Positions 17,377 through 27,131 of a stretch of DNA of 64,000 nucleotides are shown here, in pieces. Position 1 is the first letter of the stretch, and every line of letters begins with the position of its first letter. The position numbers were made by a program, and so were the translations under genes. This stretch comes from Eubacteriaceae bacterium. Lineage in GTDB: Bacteria > Bacillota > Clostridia > Eubacteriales > Eubacteriaceae. Under the pieces are notes generated by a model, which was given only the letters and a program-made list of their open reading frames with translations, was not told where the DNA came from and did not search any database. The DNA lies in the NCBI GenBank assembly GCA_016650045.1, contig JAENWK010000001.1, positions 17,094 to 81,093 of the forward strand, in the 5' to 3' direction.

Positions 17377-18666
17377 ATGAATAGAGAAAAATCAGAAAAA
17401 TTATTTATAGAAGCGGAGAAAGTTATTCCCGGTGGGGTCAACAGTCCGGTTCGGGCCTTTAAGTCAGTGGATATGGCCCCTGTGTTTATTGACCGTGGGA
17501 AGGGTTCAAAGATTTATGACGTGGATGGCAACGAATATACGGATTATATTTGTTCCTGGGGACCTCTTATTTTAGGACATGCCTCACCCATCTATTTTGA
17601 AGGCATTCAGGAAGCCCTTGAAAAAGGCACCAGTTTTGGTGCTCCCACCGCCATTGAGGTTGACATGGCAAAGCTCATTACAAAGGCCTATCCATCCATG
17701 GAAATGGTACGTATGGTCAGCTCAGGAACCGAAGCCACCATGAGTGCTCTTAGGGTAGCTCGAGGCTTTACCGGACGGGACAAAATCATTAAGTTTGAAG
17801 GCTGTTATCATGGTCATGCCGATGGCCTGCTCGTAAAATCCGGGTCAGGCACCCTGACCTTCGGAGTGCCTACCAGCTCCGGAGTTACCCCTGGAACCGC
17901 CAGGGATACTCTTGTTGCCACCTATAATGACATTGAAAGTGTGAAAGCACTCTTCGCCGAAAACCTGGGCGAAATTGCTGCTATTATTGTCGAACCTGTG
18001 GCTGGAAACATGGGGGTTGTCCCACCGGATCTGGACTTTATGAAAGGTCTTCGCGAAATCACCAAAGCAGAAGGAAGCGTATTAATCTTTGACGAGGTCA
18101 TTACCGGATTTCGTTTAGCTTACGGCGGAGCCCAGGAAATCCTGGGGATCACCCCGGACATGACCACCCTTGGAAAAATTATCGGTGGCGGAATGCCGGT
18201 AGGGGCCTATGGCGGACGCCGTGATATTATGGAAACTGTCGCTCCTCTCGGTGGCGTTTATCAGGCGGGAACCCTTTCAGGAAATCCCATCGCGATGAAA
18301 ATGGGCATGAATACCTTAACCTATTTACGGGATCATCCAGAGGTCTATACAGAACTGGAAGAAAAGGCCAAGCTTTTGGAAGCTGGCTTTAAAGAAAATA
18401 TTGAAAAAACCGGAGTGAAGGCCCAAATGGTTCGCTTTAAAGGCATGACCAGTCTCTTCTTTACCGACCAGCCCATTAATGGCTATCAAGCCGTAATGAC
18501 ATCGGATACCCAGGCCTACACCCAGTACTTTAAAGCAATGCTTGATGCCGGCAACCTTTTGCCACCAGCCCAGTTTGAAGGAATCTTTCTTTCAACGGCT
18601 CACACCACAGAAGATATTGAAAAAACCATTGAAGATAATTACCAGGCTCTGAAAAGTCTGAAATAA
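17377..18666 (+). CDS. hemL: glutamate-1-semialdehyde 2,1-aminomutase
   Basis: ATG 17377 follows GGGAG. GGVNSPVRAF motif and PLP-lysine region LGKIIGGG. Confidence 0.9.
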   Translation: MNREKSEKLFIEAEKVIPGGVNSPVRAFKSVDMAPVFIDRGKGSKIYDVDGNEYTDYICSWGPLILGHASPIYFEGIQEALEKGTSFGAPTAIEVDMAKLITKAYPSMEMVRMVSSGTEATMSALRVARGFTGRDKIIKFEGCYHGHADGLLVKSGSGTLTFGVPTSSGVTPGTARDTLVATYNDIESVKALFAENLGEIAAIIVEPVAGNMGVVPPDLDFMKGLREITKAEGSVLIFDEVITGFRLAYGGAQEILGITPDMTTLGKIIGGGMPVGAYGGRRDIMETVAPLGGVYQAGTLSGNPIAMKMGMNTLTYLRDHPEVYTELEEKAKLLEAGFKENIEKTGVKAQMVRFKGMTSLFFTDQPINGYQAVMTSDTQAYTQYFKAMLDAGNLLPPAQFEGIFLSTAHTTEDIEKTIEDNYQALKSLK

Positions 18667-18682
18667 TTAGGAGAACCAATTT

Positions 18683-19474
18683 ATGGATAAAAAAGCATTA
18701 CTGGTGATCAGCTTTGGGACATCCTATGCTGAGACTCGGGAAAAAACCATTGAGGCTACGGAAAAGCACTTGCAGAAAGCTTACCCTGACTACGATTTTT
18801 ACCGTGCCTTTACATCACGTATGATCATTAATAAACTTAAAAAACGTGATAATATCGTTGTGGACTTACCCCGGGATGTATTGAAAAACCTCAAGGCTGC
18901 AGGCTACACCCATGTCCATTGTCAGACCACTCATATCATCAATGGTCATGAATACGACATTACCTTAAAAGAACTCAAAGCCTTTGAAAAAGACTTTGAG
19001 TCTCTGACCCTGGGTCGACCTTTACTCACCACGGTAGAAGATTATGAAGAAACCGTGGATATTGTAATGAAGGAAATGCCCAAACTGAAAAAAGGCGAGG
19101 CTTTGGTTTATATGGGCCATGGCACCGATCATCATGCCAACGCCTCCTACCCTTGTTTAGACTATATGTTTAAAATGAAGGGCTATGAAGATGTCTATGT
19201 TGGCACAGTGGAAGGATTTCCGGAATTGGAAAACATTGTTCCCCTGCTCCAGGAGAAAAAATACAAAAAGATTTATCTGGCACCCTTTATGTTGGTTGCC
19301 GGAGACCATGCCATTAATGACATGGCCAGTGATGATGAAGATTCCTGGAAAACCCTTCTGGAAGAAGAACGCTTTAAGGTCGAGTGTATTATCAAAGGCC
19401 TTGGAGAATACCCGGGCATTCAGAACATGTTTTTAGAACATTTAAAAAGAGCACAACCCGTTACAGAAATGTAA
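18683..19474 (+). CDS. cbiK: sirohydrochlorin cobaltochelatase (anaerobic)
   Basis: 263 aa. ALLVISFGTSY N-terminus and class II chelatase His motifs (MGHGTDHHAN). Confidence 0.85.
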   Translation: MDKKALLVISFGTSYAETREKTIEATEKHLQKAYPDYDFYRAFTSRMIINKLKKRDNIVVDLPRDVLKNLKAAGYTHVHCQTTHIINGHEYDITLKELKAFEKDFESLTLGRPLLTTVEDYEETVDIVMKEMPKLKKGEALVYMGHGTDHHANASYPCLDYMFKMKGYEDVYVGTVEGFPELENIVPLLQEKKYKKIYLAPFMLVAGDHAINDMASDDEDSWKTLLEEERFKVECIIKGLGEYPGIQNMFLEHLKRAQPVTEM

Positions 19475-19503
19475 TGACATTATAAATTGAGGAGAAATTA
19501 TTT

Positions 19504-20262
19504 ATGAATACTGTTTATATGGTAGGTGCAGGCCCAGGAGATCCAGAGCTGATCACCGTTAAAGGCCAACGCATAGTCAACGAAGCTGATATTATTATTT
19601 ATGCAGGATCCCTTGTGAATAAAGCCATTATTGCCGGTCACAAACCGGATGCCGAGATTTTTAACTCCGCATCCATGACCCTGGATGAAGTCATTGCCGT
19701 GATTAAACGGGGAACCGATGAAGGTAAAAAAATTGCCAGAGTCCATACCGGAGATCCCTCCATTTACGGTGCCATTCGTGAGCAGATGGATCGTTTGGAG
19801 GCATTGGGGATTCCTTTTGATGTTATTCCCGGGGTTAGTTCTTTTGTGGCCTCCGCGGCCGCCCTTAAAAAAGAATTTACATTACCGGATGTATCCCAAA
19901 CCGTTATCTTGACACGCTTGGAAGGCCGAACACCAGTGCCTGAAAAGGAAAAACTTGAAAGTTTGGCAGCCCACCAGGCATCCATGGCGATTTTTCTTTC
20001 GGTACAAATGATGGACGATGTGGTGCAGCGCTTAATGAAGCATTACAAACCGACCACCCCGATTGCTGTTATTCAACGGGCCACCTGGGAAGATCAAAAA
20101 ATTGTGATGGGAACGCTGGAAACCATTGCCCAAAAAGTGAAAGATGAAAAGATTACAAAAACCGCTCAGATTTTAGTGGGTGATTTTTTAGGCGATGACT
20201 ATAGTTTGTCAAAGCTGTATGACCCCAGCTTTACCCATGAGTATCGACAAGGGATTGAGTAA
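19504..20262 (+). CDS. cbiF: cobalt-precorrin-4 C11-methyltransferase
   Basis: VGAGPGDPELITVKG..IIYAGSLV is typical of CbiF/CobM. Confidence 0.9.
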   Translation: MNTVYMVGAGPGDPELITVKGQRIVNEADIIIYAGSLVNKAIIAGHKPDAEIFNSASMTLDEVIAVIKRGTDEGKKIARVHTGDPSIYGAIREQMDRLEALGIPFDVIPGVSSFVASAAALKKEFTLPDVSQTVILTRLEGRTPVPEKEKLESLAAHQASMAIFLSVQMMDDVVQRLMKHYKPTTPIAVIQRATWEDQKIVMGTLETIAQKVKDEKITKTAQILVGDFLGDDYSLSKLYDPSFTHEYRQGIE

Positions 20263-20265
20263 ACT

Positions 20266-21321
20266 GTGAAGATTAAAAAATGGGCCATAGTAACACTCTC
20301 TAATGATGGAATGGATCTAGCTGAGCGCCTTGTAAAACAGTTGGAAGACAAGGATTGCACCATTTATACCAAAGAGAAATATGCCCGGGAAAAAACTGAA
20401 ATCATTGAATCCGATATTTCTGCTTTTATGGGAAGTATTATGGAGGACTTTGATATTATCTGTTGCATTATGGCAACAGGCATTGTGGTGAGAGCCCTTG
20501 CCCCAATTCTCGAACATAAATCCAAAGATCCGGGAATCCTGGTCATGGACGCTCGTGGTGATTATGTGATCAGTCTATTATCGGGACACCTGGGCGGTGC
20601 CAATGATGCTGCGCGATTGGTGGCGAAACGCTTGGGTGCCAAAGCCGTGATTACCACAGGCACCGATGTCAAGGGAACCATGGCAGTGGATGTTCTGGCA
20701 GAAAAGATTCAATGTACCATTGATGATTTTACCGATGCCAAGGATATTACCGCACTCATCTTAAATGGTGAAGCCATTGGTTTGATTAATCAGGGGAACG
20801 TTGATCTTAATGATTTGATACTGCCAGGTAACATTGAGCTTTTATCAGATAACAGTCATATTAAAAAGTATGCAGGGGTCATTATCACTTCCAGAGAGTT
20901 GGAAAAAACATCTTTAAAGATTCCATCGGTTAAGCTGGTACCTAAAAAATTAGTGCTTGGTGTCGGATGCCGCCGGGATACTCCGGGAAAAAAAATTATT
21001 TTGGCCATCCAGTCAACCCTGGCTTCTATAAAGATCAGTGACAAAGGCATTAAAGCTTTTGCCACCATTGGCCTAAAAGAACAGGAGCCTGGGATTCAGG
21101 AAGCCTGTGACTACTTTAAAGCGAAAAAGGTAATTATTCCTGATGAAATGGTTCAAATGGTCCAAAGCCGTTTTGAAGCTTCGGACTTTGTTTTTCAGAC
21201 AACCGGGTTGTATGCGGTATCTGAGCCCTGTGGATATATCGCTTCAGGATTTGGAACCTGTCTATTGGAAAAACAAAAGCTTAACGGCATTACCCTTTCC
21301 GTCTGGATTGAAGAAAATTAA
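20266..21321 (+). CDS. cbiG: cobalt-precorrin-5A hydrolase
   Basis: 351 aa, GTG start. CbiG architecture and position between cbiF and cbiH. Confidence 0.8.
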   Translation: MKIKKWAIVTLSNDGMDLAERLVKQLEDKDCTIYTKEKYAREKTEIIESDISAFMGSIMEDFDIICCIMATGIVVRALAPILEHKSKDPGILVMDARGDYVISLLSGHLGGANDAARLVAKRLGAKAVITTGTDVKGTMAVDVLAEKIQCTIDDFTDAKDITALILNGEAIGLINQGNVDLNDLILPGNIELLSDNSHIKKYAGVIITSRELEKTSLKIPSVKLVPKKLVLGVGCRRDTPGKKIILAIQSTLASIKISDKGIKAFATIGLKEQEPGIQEACDYFKAKKVIIPDEMVQMVQSRFEASDFVFQTTGLYAVSEPCGYIASGFGTCLLEKQKLNGITLSVWIEEN

Positions 21322-21362
21322 GCATGGGAATAAAAACCTGCAAATAAAAAAAGGAGTACAAT

Positions 21363-22100
21363 ATGAGTAAAATTTATGTCACAGGGATTGGTCCCGGACT
21401 TTATGAACATATGACAGAAGCCGCCAAGGCAAGCCTTGCGGATGCGGATATTATTATCGGGTATAAAACCTATATTGATATTATTGCAGACTTGATTGGA
21501 GACAAGGAAGTCTTATCATCAGGAATGCATCGGGAAATTGACCGCTGTGAAAAAGCACTGGAGCTGGCAGAAACTGGAAAAACCATTTGTCTGGTGAGCA
21601 GTGGAGATGCCGGTGTTTATGGTATGGCTGGCATTATGCTTGAAGTGGCGGAATCTAAAAAAAGTGATGTCGAGGTTGTGATTGTTCCGGGAATTTCAGC
21701 AGCCAATGCTGCTGCATCCACATTGGGAGCACCACTGATGCATGACTATGTGGTGATCAGCCTCAGTGACCTTCTGACGGATTGGGCAGTGATTGAAAAG
21801 CGACTTAACTGTGCCGGAGAAGGGGATTTCATTGTGAGTCTTTATAATCCTAAAAGCAAAGGCCGTCCCCATAACATTGAAGCCGCTCAGGCAATTCTGC
21901 TGAAATACAAGGCTGCCGAAACCCCGGTTGGCATTGTTCGCAATGCCAAAAGAAAAGATGAATCCTATGTGATTACAACCCTGGGAAAAATGAGTGAAGC
22001 CGATATTGATATGTTCTCAATGGTTATTATTGGGAATTCAAAAACCTATATCACCGCAGACCATCTCAAAATGATTACTCCAAGGGGATATGTGTTATGA
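21363..22100 (+). CDS. cbiH: cobalt-factor III (precorrin-3B) C17-methyltransferase
   Basis: IYVTGIGPG..IIGYKTYIDI is typical of CbiH/CobJ. Confidence 0.9.
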   Translation: MSKIYVTGIGPGLYEHMTEAAKASLADADIIIGYKTYIDIIADLIGDKEVLSSGMHREIDRCEKALELAETGKTICLVSSGDAGVYGMAGIMLEVAESKKSDVEVVIVPGISAANAAASTLGAPLMHDYVVISLSDLLTDWAVIEKRLNCAGEGDFIVSLYNPKSKGRPHNIEAAQAILLKYKAAETPVGIVRNAKRKDESYVITTLGKMSEADIDMFSMVIIGNSKTYITADHLKMITPRGYVL

Positions 22101-22861
22101 TTCTTGTTCTGGGAGGAACCCTGGATAGCCGGCAACTGACCGAGGCTCTTCTGGCCGAGGGGAAAGAGGTTTGCTATTCGTCCCTTACCAATATTGCTAC
22201 AGACAGGATCCCCGAACATCCCCGATTAACAAAAATTTCAGGGCTGTTGGATGGAATTACCCTGAGGGAAACCATGACCATTTACAAGGTGGATCTATGC
22301 ATCGATGCGACCCATCCCTATGCCCGGGAAATATCAGAAAATGCGATTTGGGCCTGTGACGCCATGAGTGTTGAATACATTCGATTGGAACGACCTTCCC
22401 ACATCGATATGAGTGCGGATAGTTTATTCTACGATACCTATGAAGGCGCACGGGACTATTTAATTGGCGCCATGGGGAAAAGCGACCAGAATGTTTTATT
22501 GACCACTGGAAGCAGGCAATTGGAAGCCTTTGAAGGACTTGCCAAAGAACGCACCTATATCCGGGTGCTGCCAACCTCAGGGGTCATGAAAAAATGCGAA
22601 AATCTTGGATACAAACCTTCACATATTCTTGGTGTGCAAGGACCATTTTCCATTGAAATGAATTATGTCATGATGATGGAATATAACATCGGGTTTGTCG
22701 TCACCAAAGACAGCGGTGATGTTGGTGGTGTTTCTGAAAAGGTAGCGGCAGTACAAAAGGCCGGGGCCAAAATATTATTTATTCGAAGGCCGGTGGTCGC
22801 TTACCCTAAAGTTGTGTCCACGGTTGAAGATGCCGTTGCCCTGGCAACAAAAACAGATTAA
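22097..22861 (+). CDS. cbiJ: cobalt-precorrin-6A reductase
   Basis: 254 aa. MILVLGGTLDSR N-terminus and HPYA motif of CobK/CbiJ. Overlaps the cbiH stop. Confidence 0.85.
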   Translation: MILVLGGTLDSRQLTEALLAEGKEVCYSSLTNIATDRIPEHPRLTKISGLLDGITLRETMTIYKVDLCIDATHPYAREISENAIWACDAMSVEYIRLERPSHIDMSADSLFYDTYEGARDYLIGAMGKSDQNVLLTTGSRQLEAFEGLAKERTYIRVLPTSGVMKKCENLGYKPSHILGVQGPFSIEMNYVMMMEYNIGFVVTKDSGDVGGVSEKVAAVQKAGAKILFIRRPVVAYPKVVSTVEDAVALATKTD

Positions 22862-22894
22862 TAGAGACTTCACGAGGAAAGAGAAGGAGAAACA

Positions 22895-24388
22895 ATGGCG
22901 AAAAATATTATGTTCATGGGTACCGGTTCTTCGGTGGGGAAAAGCCTCCTCACAGCTGCACTGTGCCGAATTCTAAATAACCGGGGCTATGTAGTGGCAC
23001 CCTATAAATCTCAAAACATGGCTCTGAATTCATATATTACAAAAGACGGTAAGGAAATGGGCCGGGCCCAGGTGGTTCAGGCAGAATGTGCTCGAATGGA
23101 GCCCCAGGTGGAAATGAATCCAGTATTACTAAAGCCTAACTCCGACGTGGGTTGCCAGGTCATTCTCATGGGGAAAGCTGAATACAATATGGAAGCCTGG
23201 GATTATCATGCCCATAAACCCAAGCTGGTGGAACTGGTTGTTTCAGCCTATGACACATTGGCTGAAGGAAAAGATGTGATCGTTATTGAAGGTGCCGGAA
23301 GTCCGGCGGAAATTAACCTAAGAGATAATGACATCGTGAATATGGGTTTGGCTGAACTGGTGGACGCTCCGGTGCTCCTCATTGGAGATATTGACAAGGG
23401 TGGGGTTTTTGCTTCGATTTATGGTACCATTATGCTGCTTCCGCCAGAGGAACAAAGACGGATTAAAGGATTTATTATTAACAAATTTAGAGGTGACGTT
23501 GAGTTATTAAAACCCGGCATTGAAATGATCGAAGAAAAAATCAATATTCCCTGTCTCGGGGTTATTCCCTACAAACGCTTTGTGATTGATGATGAGGACA
23601 GTGTCAGTGAACGCTTTGATACCCAAAGTGAAGGTCTTATTACCATTGGCGTGGTTTACCTGCCACACCTTTCTAATTTCACGGATTGCACAGCCTTTGA
23701 AATGCACCCGGAAGTAACTGTGGAATATTACCGTAACCAACGGGAACTCCAATTAGCCAATCCGGATTTACTGGTTATTCCCGGAAGTAAAAATACCATT
23801 GATGATACCTGTCATGTCATCGAAAGTAAAATGGGTGGCGAAATAAGACGCCTGCATGATTGTGGGATACCGATTGTTGGTATTTGCGGAGGCTTCCAGC
23901 TTTTAGGCAAAGAAATTCGGGATCCATTCGGTGTTGAATCGTCAAAAGGAAGCATTAATGGTTTGGGCTTACTGAACATCATCACGACCATTGGCGAAGA
24001 AAAACGAACGGTTCGCACTTCCGGAAAAGTCCAGGGAAATTTTATGGGCATGAACATCACTGATATGATGGTTGAAGGCTATGAAATTCATATGGGTGAA
24101 AGTGAAGCATTGGATGGCACCAAAAGTTTTGCTGTTCTTGAAGATGGCACGGTGGATGGTGTCATCAACCAGGATGGATCAGTGATGGGAACCTACCTTC
24201 ATGGGATTTTTGACAATGACGATTTTAGAGAAAAAATCATTGAAGTTCTGCGAGAAAAAAAGAATTTAGCAGCCGGCCCGGCCGCCTTTGATTTTAAGGC
24301 CTTTAAAGAAGAACAATACGATCTTTTGGCGGAAACCGTGGAATCAAGCCTGGATATGAAAAAAATCATGGAAATCATTGGAGAATAA
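22895..24388 (+). CDS. cobQ: cobyric acid synthase
   Basis: 497 aa. GTGSSVGKS P-loop and C-terminal GATase domain (GICGGFQ, YLHGIFDN). Confidence 0.9.
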   Translation: MAKNIMFMGTGSSVGKSLLTAALCRILNNRGYVVAPYKSQNMALNSYITKDGKEMGRAQVVQAECARMEPQVEMNPVLLKPNSDVGCQVILMGKAEYNMEAWDYHAHKPKLVELVVSAYDTLAEGKDVIVIEGAGSPAEINLRDNDIVNMGLAELVDAPVLLIGDIDKGGVFASIYGTIMLLPPEEQRRIKGFIINKFRGDVELLKPGIEMIEEKINIPCLGVIPYKRFVIDDEDSVSERFDTQSEGLITIGVVYLPHLSNFTDCTAFEMHPEVTVEYYRNQRELQLANPDLLVIPGSKNTIDDTCHVIESKMGGEIRRLHDCGIPIVGICGGFQLLGKEIRDPFGVESSKGSINGLGLLNIITTIGEEKRTVRTSGKVQGNFMGMNITDMMVEGYEIHMGESEALDGTKSFAVLEDGTVDGVINQDGSVMGTYLHGIFDNDDFREKIIEVLREKKNLAAGPAAFDFKAFKEEQYDLLAETVESSLDMKKIMEIIGE

Positions 24389-24393
24389 AGATA

Positions 24394-25407
24394 TTGAATT
24401 TATATGAGGTACTTCCCCTGGGTTCAGGGGGAGGCTATTGGTTTTGTCTCATTATTTTGGGGGTAGTTCTGGATTGGCTCATTGGGGATCCACGGTGGTT
24501 ACCCCATCCCATCGTTTTAATGGGGAAAACCATTAGCTTTTTAAATAAAAAATTGAATCGGGGAAACCATAAAAAGGCAAAGGGATTTGTGCTTTTGTTT
24601 TTGGTTCTCGGTTTAACAGGCGGCATTATATTTTTAATTCAGATACTGCTTTATCAAATCCATATTTTATTATATTTAGCCTTCAATCTCTATTTAATCA
24701 TGACATCCCTTGCAGCCAAAACACTTTCAGTTGAAGTTAAGAAGGTAAAGGATGCCTTAATGTCCGGAAATTTACAGGAAGCACGGGTTCAGATCGGCTA
24801 TTTGGTTGGCCGGGATACCTCTGAGTTATCAGGAAAAGAAATTATTAGAGCCACAGTGGAAACGACCGCTGAAAATACCATTGATGGCATTCTTGCACCT
24901 CTTTTCTATTTGTTTTTAGGACTCTTTATTCCTGTAACCTGGTTAAATCCTGGAATTTTGGTCATGCTTTATAAAGCGACCAATACCATGGATTCCATGG
25001 TCGGCTATATCCAGGAACCCTATAAGGATTTGGGCTATGCTGCTGCAAAATTTGATGATTTTTTAAATTTTATTCCGGCCAGAATTGGAAGCTGGTTCAT
25101 GCTGCTTGGCGGAATGGTGCTAGGATTTAATATAAAAGAAGGCTACCGCATTTATAAACGGGATCGGTCGAAGCACAAAAGCCCAAACTCCGGACATCCG
25201 GAATCAGTGGTGGCAGGTCTTTTAGGAATTCAGCTTGGTGGCAACAATCAATATTTTGGCGAGGTTTTAGAAAAACCCACCATTGGTGATCCGACAACGG
25301 AAATGGTATCCTTTGATATCCGGGAAACCATTAGCATTATGTATGGCAGTGAAGTACTGGTGGTTATTCTAAGTGTCATAATGGCCATCATTATTTTTTC
25401 ATTTTAA
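24394..25407 (+). CDS. cbiB: adenosylcobinamide-phosphate synthase
   Basis: Polytopic protein. LDWLIGDPRWLPHPIVLMG signature of CbiB. TTG start as in the ORF track. Confidence 0.85.
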   Translation: MNLYEVLPLGSGGGYWFCLIILGVVLDWLIGDPRWLPHPIVLMGKTISFLNKKLNRGNHKKAKGFVLLFLVLGLTGGIIFLIQILLYQIHILLYLAFNLYLIMTSLAAKTLSVEVKKVKDALMSGNLQEARVQIGYLVGRDTSELSGKEIIRATVETTAENTIDGILAPLFYLFLGLFIPVTWLNPGILVMLYKATNTMDSMVGYIQEPYKDLGYAAAKFDDFLNFIPARIGSWFMLLGGMVLGFNIKEGYRIYKRDRSKHKSPNSGHPESVVAGLLGIQLGGNNQYFGEVLEKPTIGDPTTEMVSFDIRETISIMYGSEVLVVILSVIMAIIIFSF

Positions 25408-25431
25408 TCTGATCAGAATAGGAGATACGGT

Positions 25432-26475
25432 ATGAATAAACATGGCGGTTACTACGGAGAAAATCCTGAAATGCTGGATTTCAGTGTGAATATCAACCCA
25501 CTTGGGATTCCCGGGAGAATTAAAGAAAAGCTCATTGCAGGTATTGATGGATTGGTAGATTATCCTGAAATCACAGGAAAATCTACCATTGAGAAGCTGG
25601 CAACTGATATTGGGGTAAATCCTGGAAATGTTATTTTAGGAAATGGTGCCATCGAACTGATTTATTTATTTGCCCGGAGTCATAAACCAGGTAGGGCACT
25701 GATCATCCAACCGACCTTTAATGAATATGAACGCGCCTTGAAACTCTATGGCTGGGAGGTCGAGCCTTTTATTCTGGAAGAAAAAAATGATTTTACCATT
25801 GACCCAACAAAATTATTAAAAGCCATTGAAATCAGTCAACCCCAGGTCATTTTCTGTTGTAATCCCAATAATCCTAGCGGCCGGGTTTATTCCCGGGAGT
25901 TTATGACCCAGTTGATTGAAAAATCTTCGAAAGAAACCACTTGGTTCTTAGACGAATCCTTTATCGGTTTTACCGATGAAGAGGATGGGCTCCCGTTGAT
26001 TAAGGAAGGCGATCATCCGGTATTTTTATTAAGGTCACTGACAAAGTTTTATGCACTGCCAGGCCTTCGTATCGGCTATGGTGTGGGATCAGAAGCCATT
26101 GTCAAAGCCATGGAAGCCTATAAGGAACCCTGGACCATTAACACTCTTGGTCTGATTGCCGCAGCATCGGTTTATGATGAAAAAGATTATGAAAAAAAAA
26201 CCCGGGATTACATTGGAAGAGAACGCCAACGGGTTTATAATGAACTTAAAAAAATAGATATTTTAAAGGTGTTTGAAAGTGGTACGGACTTCCATCTTTG
26301 CCGACTCCTTAAAGGTACGGCCAGGGATCTTCAATTGTATTTAGAAGGCCAGGGCATGAATATTCGACTCTGTGATGATTTTATAGGGCTGGATGAGTCT
26401 TACTTTCGTATTGCCATAAAAAAAGAAAAAAATAATAGCCAGCTTTTGGCTTGTCTGAAGCAGTGGAGGGGATAA
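25432..26475 (+). CDS. cobD: L-threonine-O-3-phosphate decarboxylase
   Basis: HGG..LDFSVNINPLGIP N-terminus. Class I/II aminotransferase fold with SLTKFYALPGLRIGY (PLP lysine). Confidence 0.85.
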   Translation: MNKHGGYYGENPEMLDFSVNINPLGIPGRIKEKLIAGIDGLVDYPEITGKSTIEKLATDIGVNPGNVILGNGAIELIYLFARSHKPGRALIIQPTFNEYERALKLYGWEVEPFILEEKNDFTIDPTKLLKAIEISQPQVIFCCNPNNPSGRVYSREFMTQLIEKSSKETTWFLDESFIGFTDEEDGLPLIKEGDHPVFLLRSLTKFYALPGLRIGYGVGSEAIVKAMEAYKEPWTINTLGLIAAASVYDEKDYEKKTRDYIGRERQRVYNELKKIDILKVFESGTDFHLCRLLKGTARDLQLYLEGQGMNIRLCDDFIGLDESYFRIAIKKEKNNSQLLACLKQWRG

Positions 26476-26476
26476 A

Positions 26477-27031
26477 ATGGGTTATTTAGTATTTGTTACC
26501 GGAGGTGCCCGCAGCGGAAAAAGCACCTATGCAGAGAATTTAGCGAAGCAGTCCTCAAAGCCAGTGGTTTATATTGCCACAGCCATTGCCTTTGACGATG
26601 GCATGAAGGATCGCATTGCCAAACATCAGGAACAGCGGCCGGCTCTTTGGGAAACCATTGAGCAGTATAAAAACTTTGAAACCATGAAAGAAGATCCGGG
26701 TTTTAAAAAGGCTGAAATCGTTCTTTTTGATTGCCTGACCGTTATGGCCACCAATAATATGTTGGATTTTCCTGTGGATTACGACACCTGTTTCATGGAA
26801 CAGGTGTCAGAAGTTGAAGAGGCCATTAAAATTGAGGTGGAAACACTGTTGGATGTCTGTAAAGATAAAATGCTTATTCTGGTTTCCAATGAGGTAGGAA
26901 TGGGTTTAGTCCCTGCTTATAAATTGGGAAGCTATTTCAGGGATATTGCCGGACGGATGAATCAACTGGTGGCAAGCCGAGCTGATGAAGCTTATTTCAT
27001 GGTTTCAGGAATCCCCATGAAACTGAAATAA
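26477..27031 (+). CDS. cobU: adenosylcobinamide kinase / adenosylcobinamide-phosphate guanylyltransferase
   Basis: 184 aa. P-loop VTGGARSGKS. HQEQRP region is typical of CobU/CobP. Confidence 0.9.
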   Translation: MGYLVFVTGGARSGKSTYAENLAKQSSKPVVYIATAIAFDDGMKDRIAKHQEQRPALWETIEQYKNFETMKEDPGFKKAEIVLFDCLTVMATNNMLDFPVDYDTCFMEQVSEVEEAIKIEVETLLDVCKDKMLILVSNEVGMGLVPAYKLGSYFRDIAGRMNQLVASRADEAYFMVSGIPMKLK

Positions 27032-27131
27032 CCCCAATCAAAATTGGGCCAACAAGACCGTACCGACCAACTGATATTATGATTGTCCCCAGGACTTGCT
27101 TTTCTATTTTGCCTATAGGCAGAGAAATTAG

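Noticed and set aside
27082-27095. 14-nt exact match (attgtccccaggac) to the reverse complement of 55199-55215
   Set aside because: About 15 exact 14-mer matches between any two positions, in either orientation, are expected by chance in a 64-kb window (roughly 4e9 pairs times 4^-14). The flanking sequence is unrelated.
27110-27121. Perfect 12-bp palindrome TGCCTATAGGCA just downstream of the kinase gene stop
   Set aside because: It has no loop or adjacent T-run, so it is not a terminator. It occurs only once and matches no known operator, so the evidence is insufficient.
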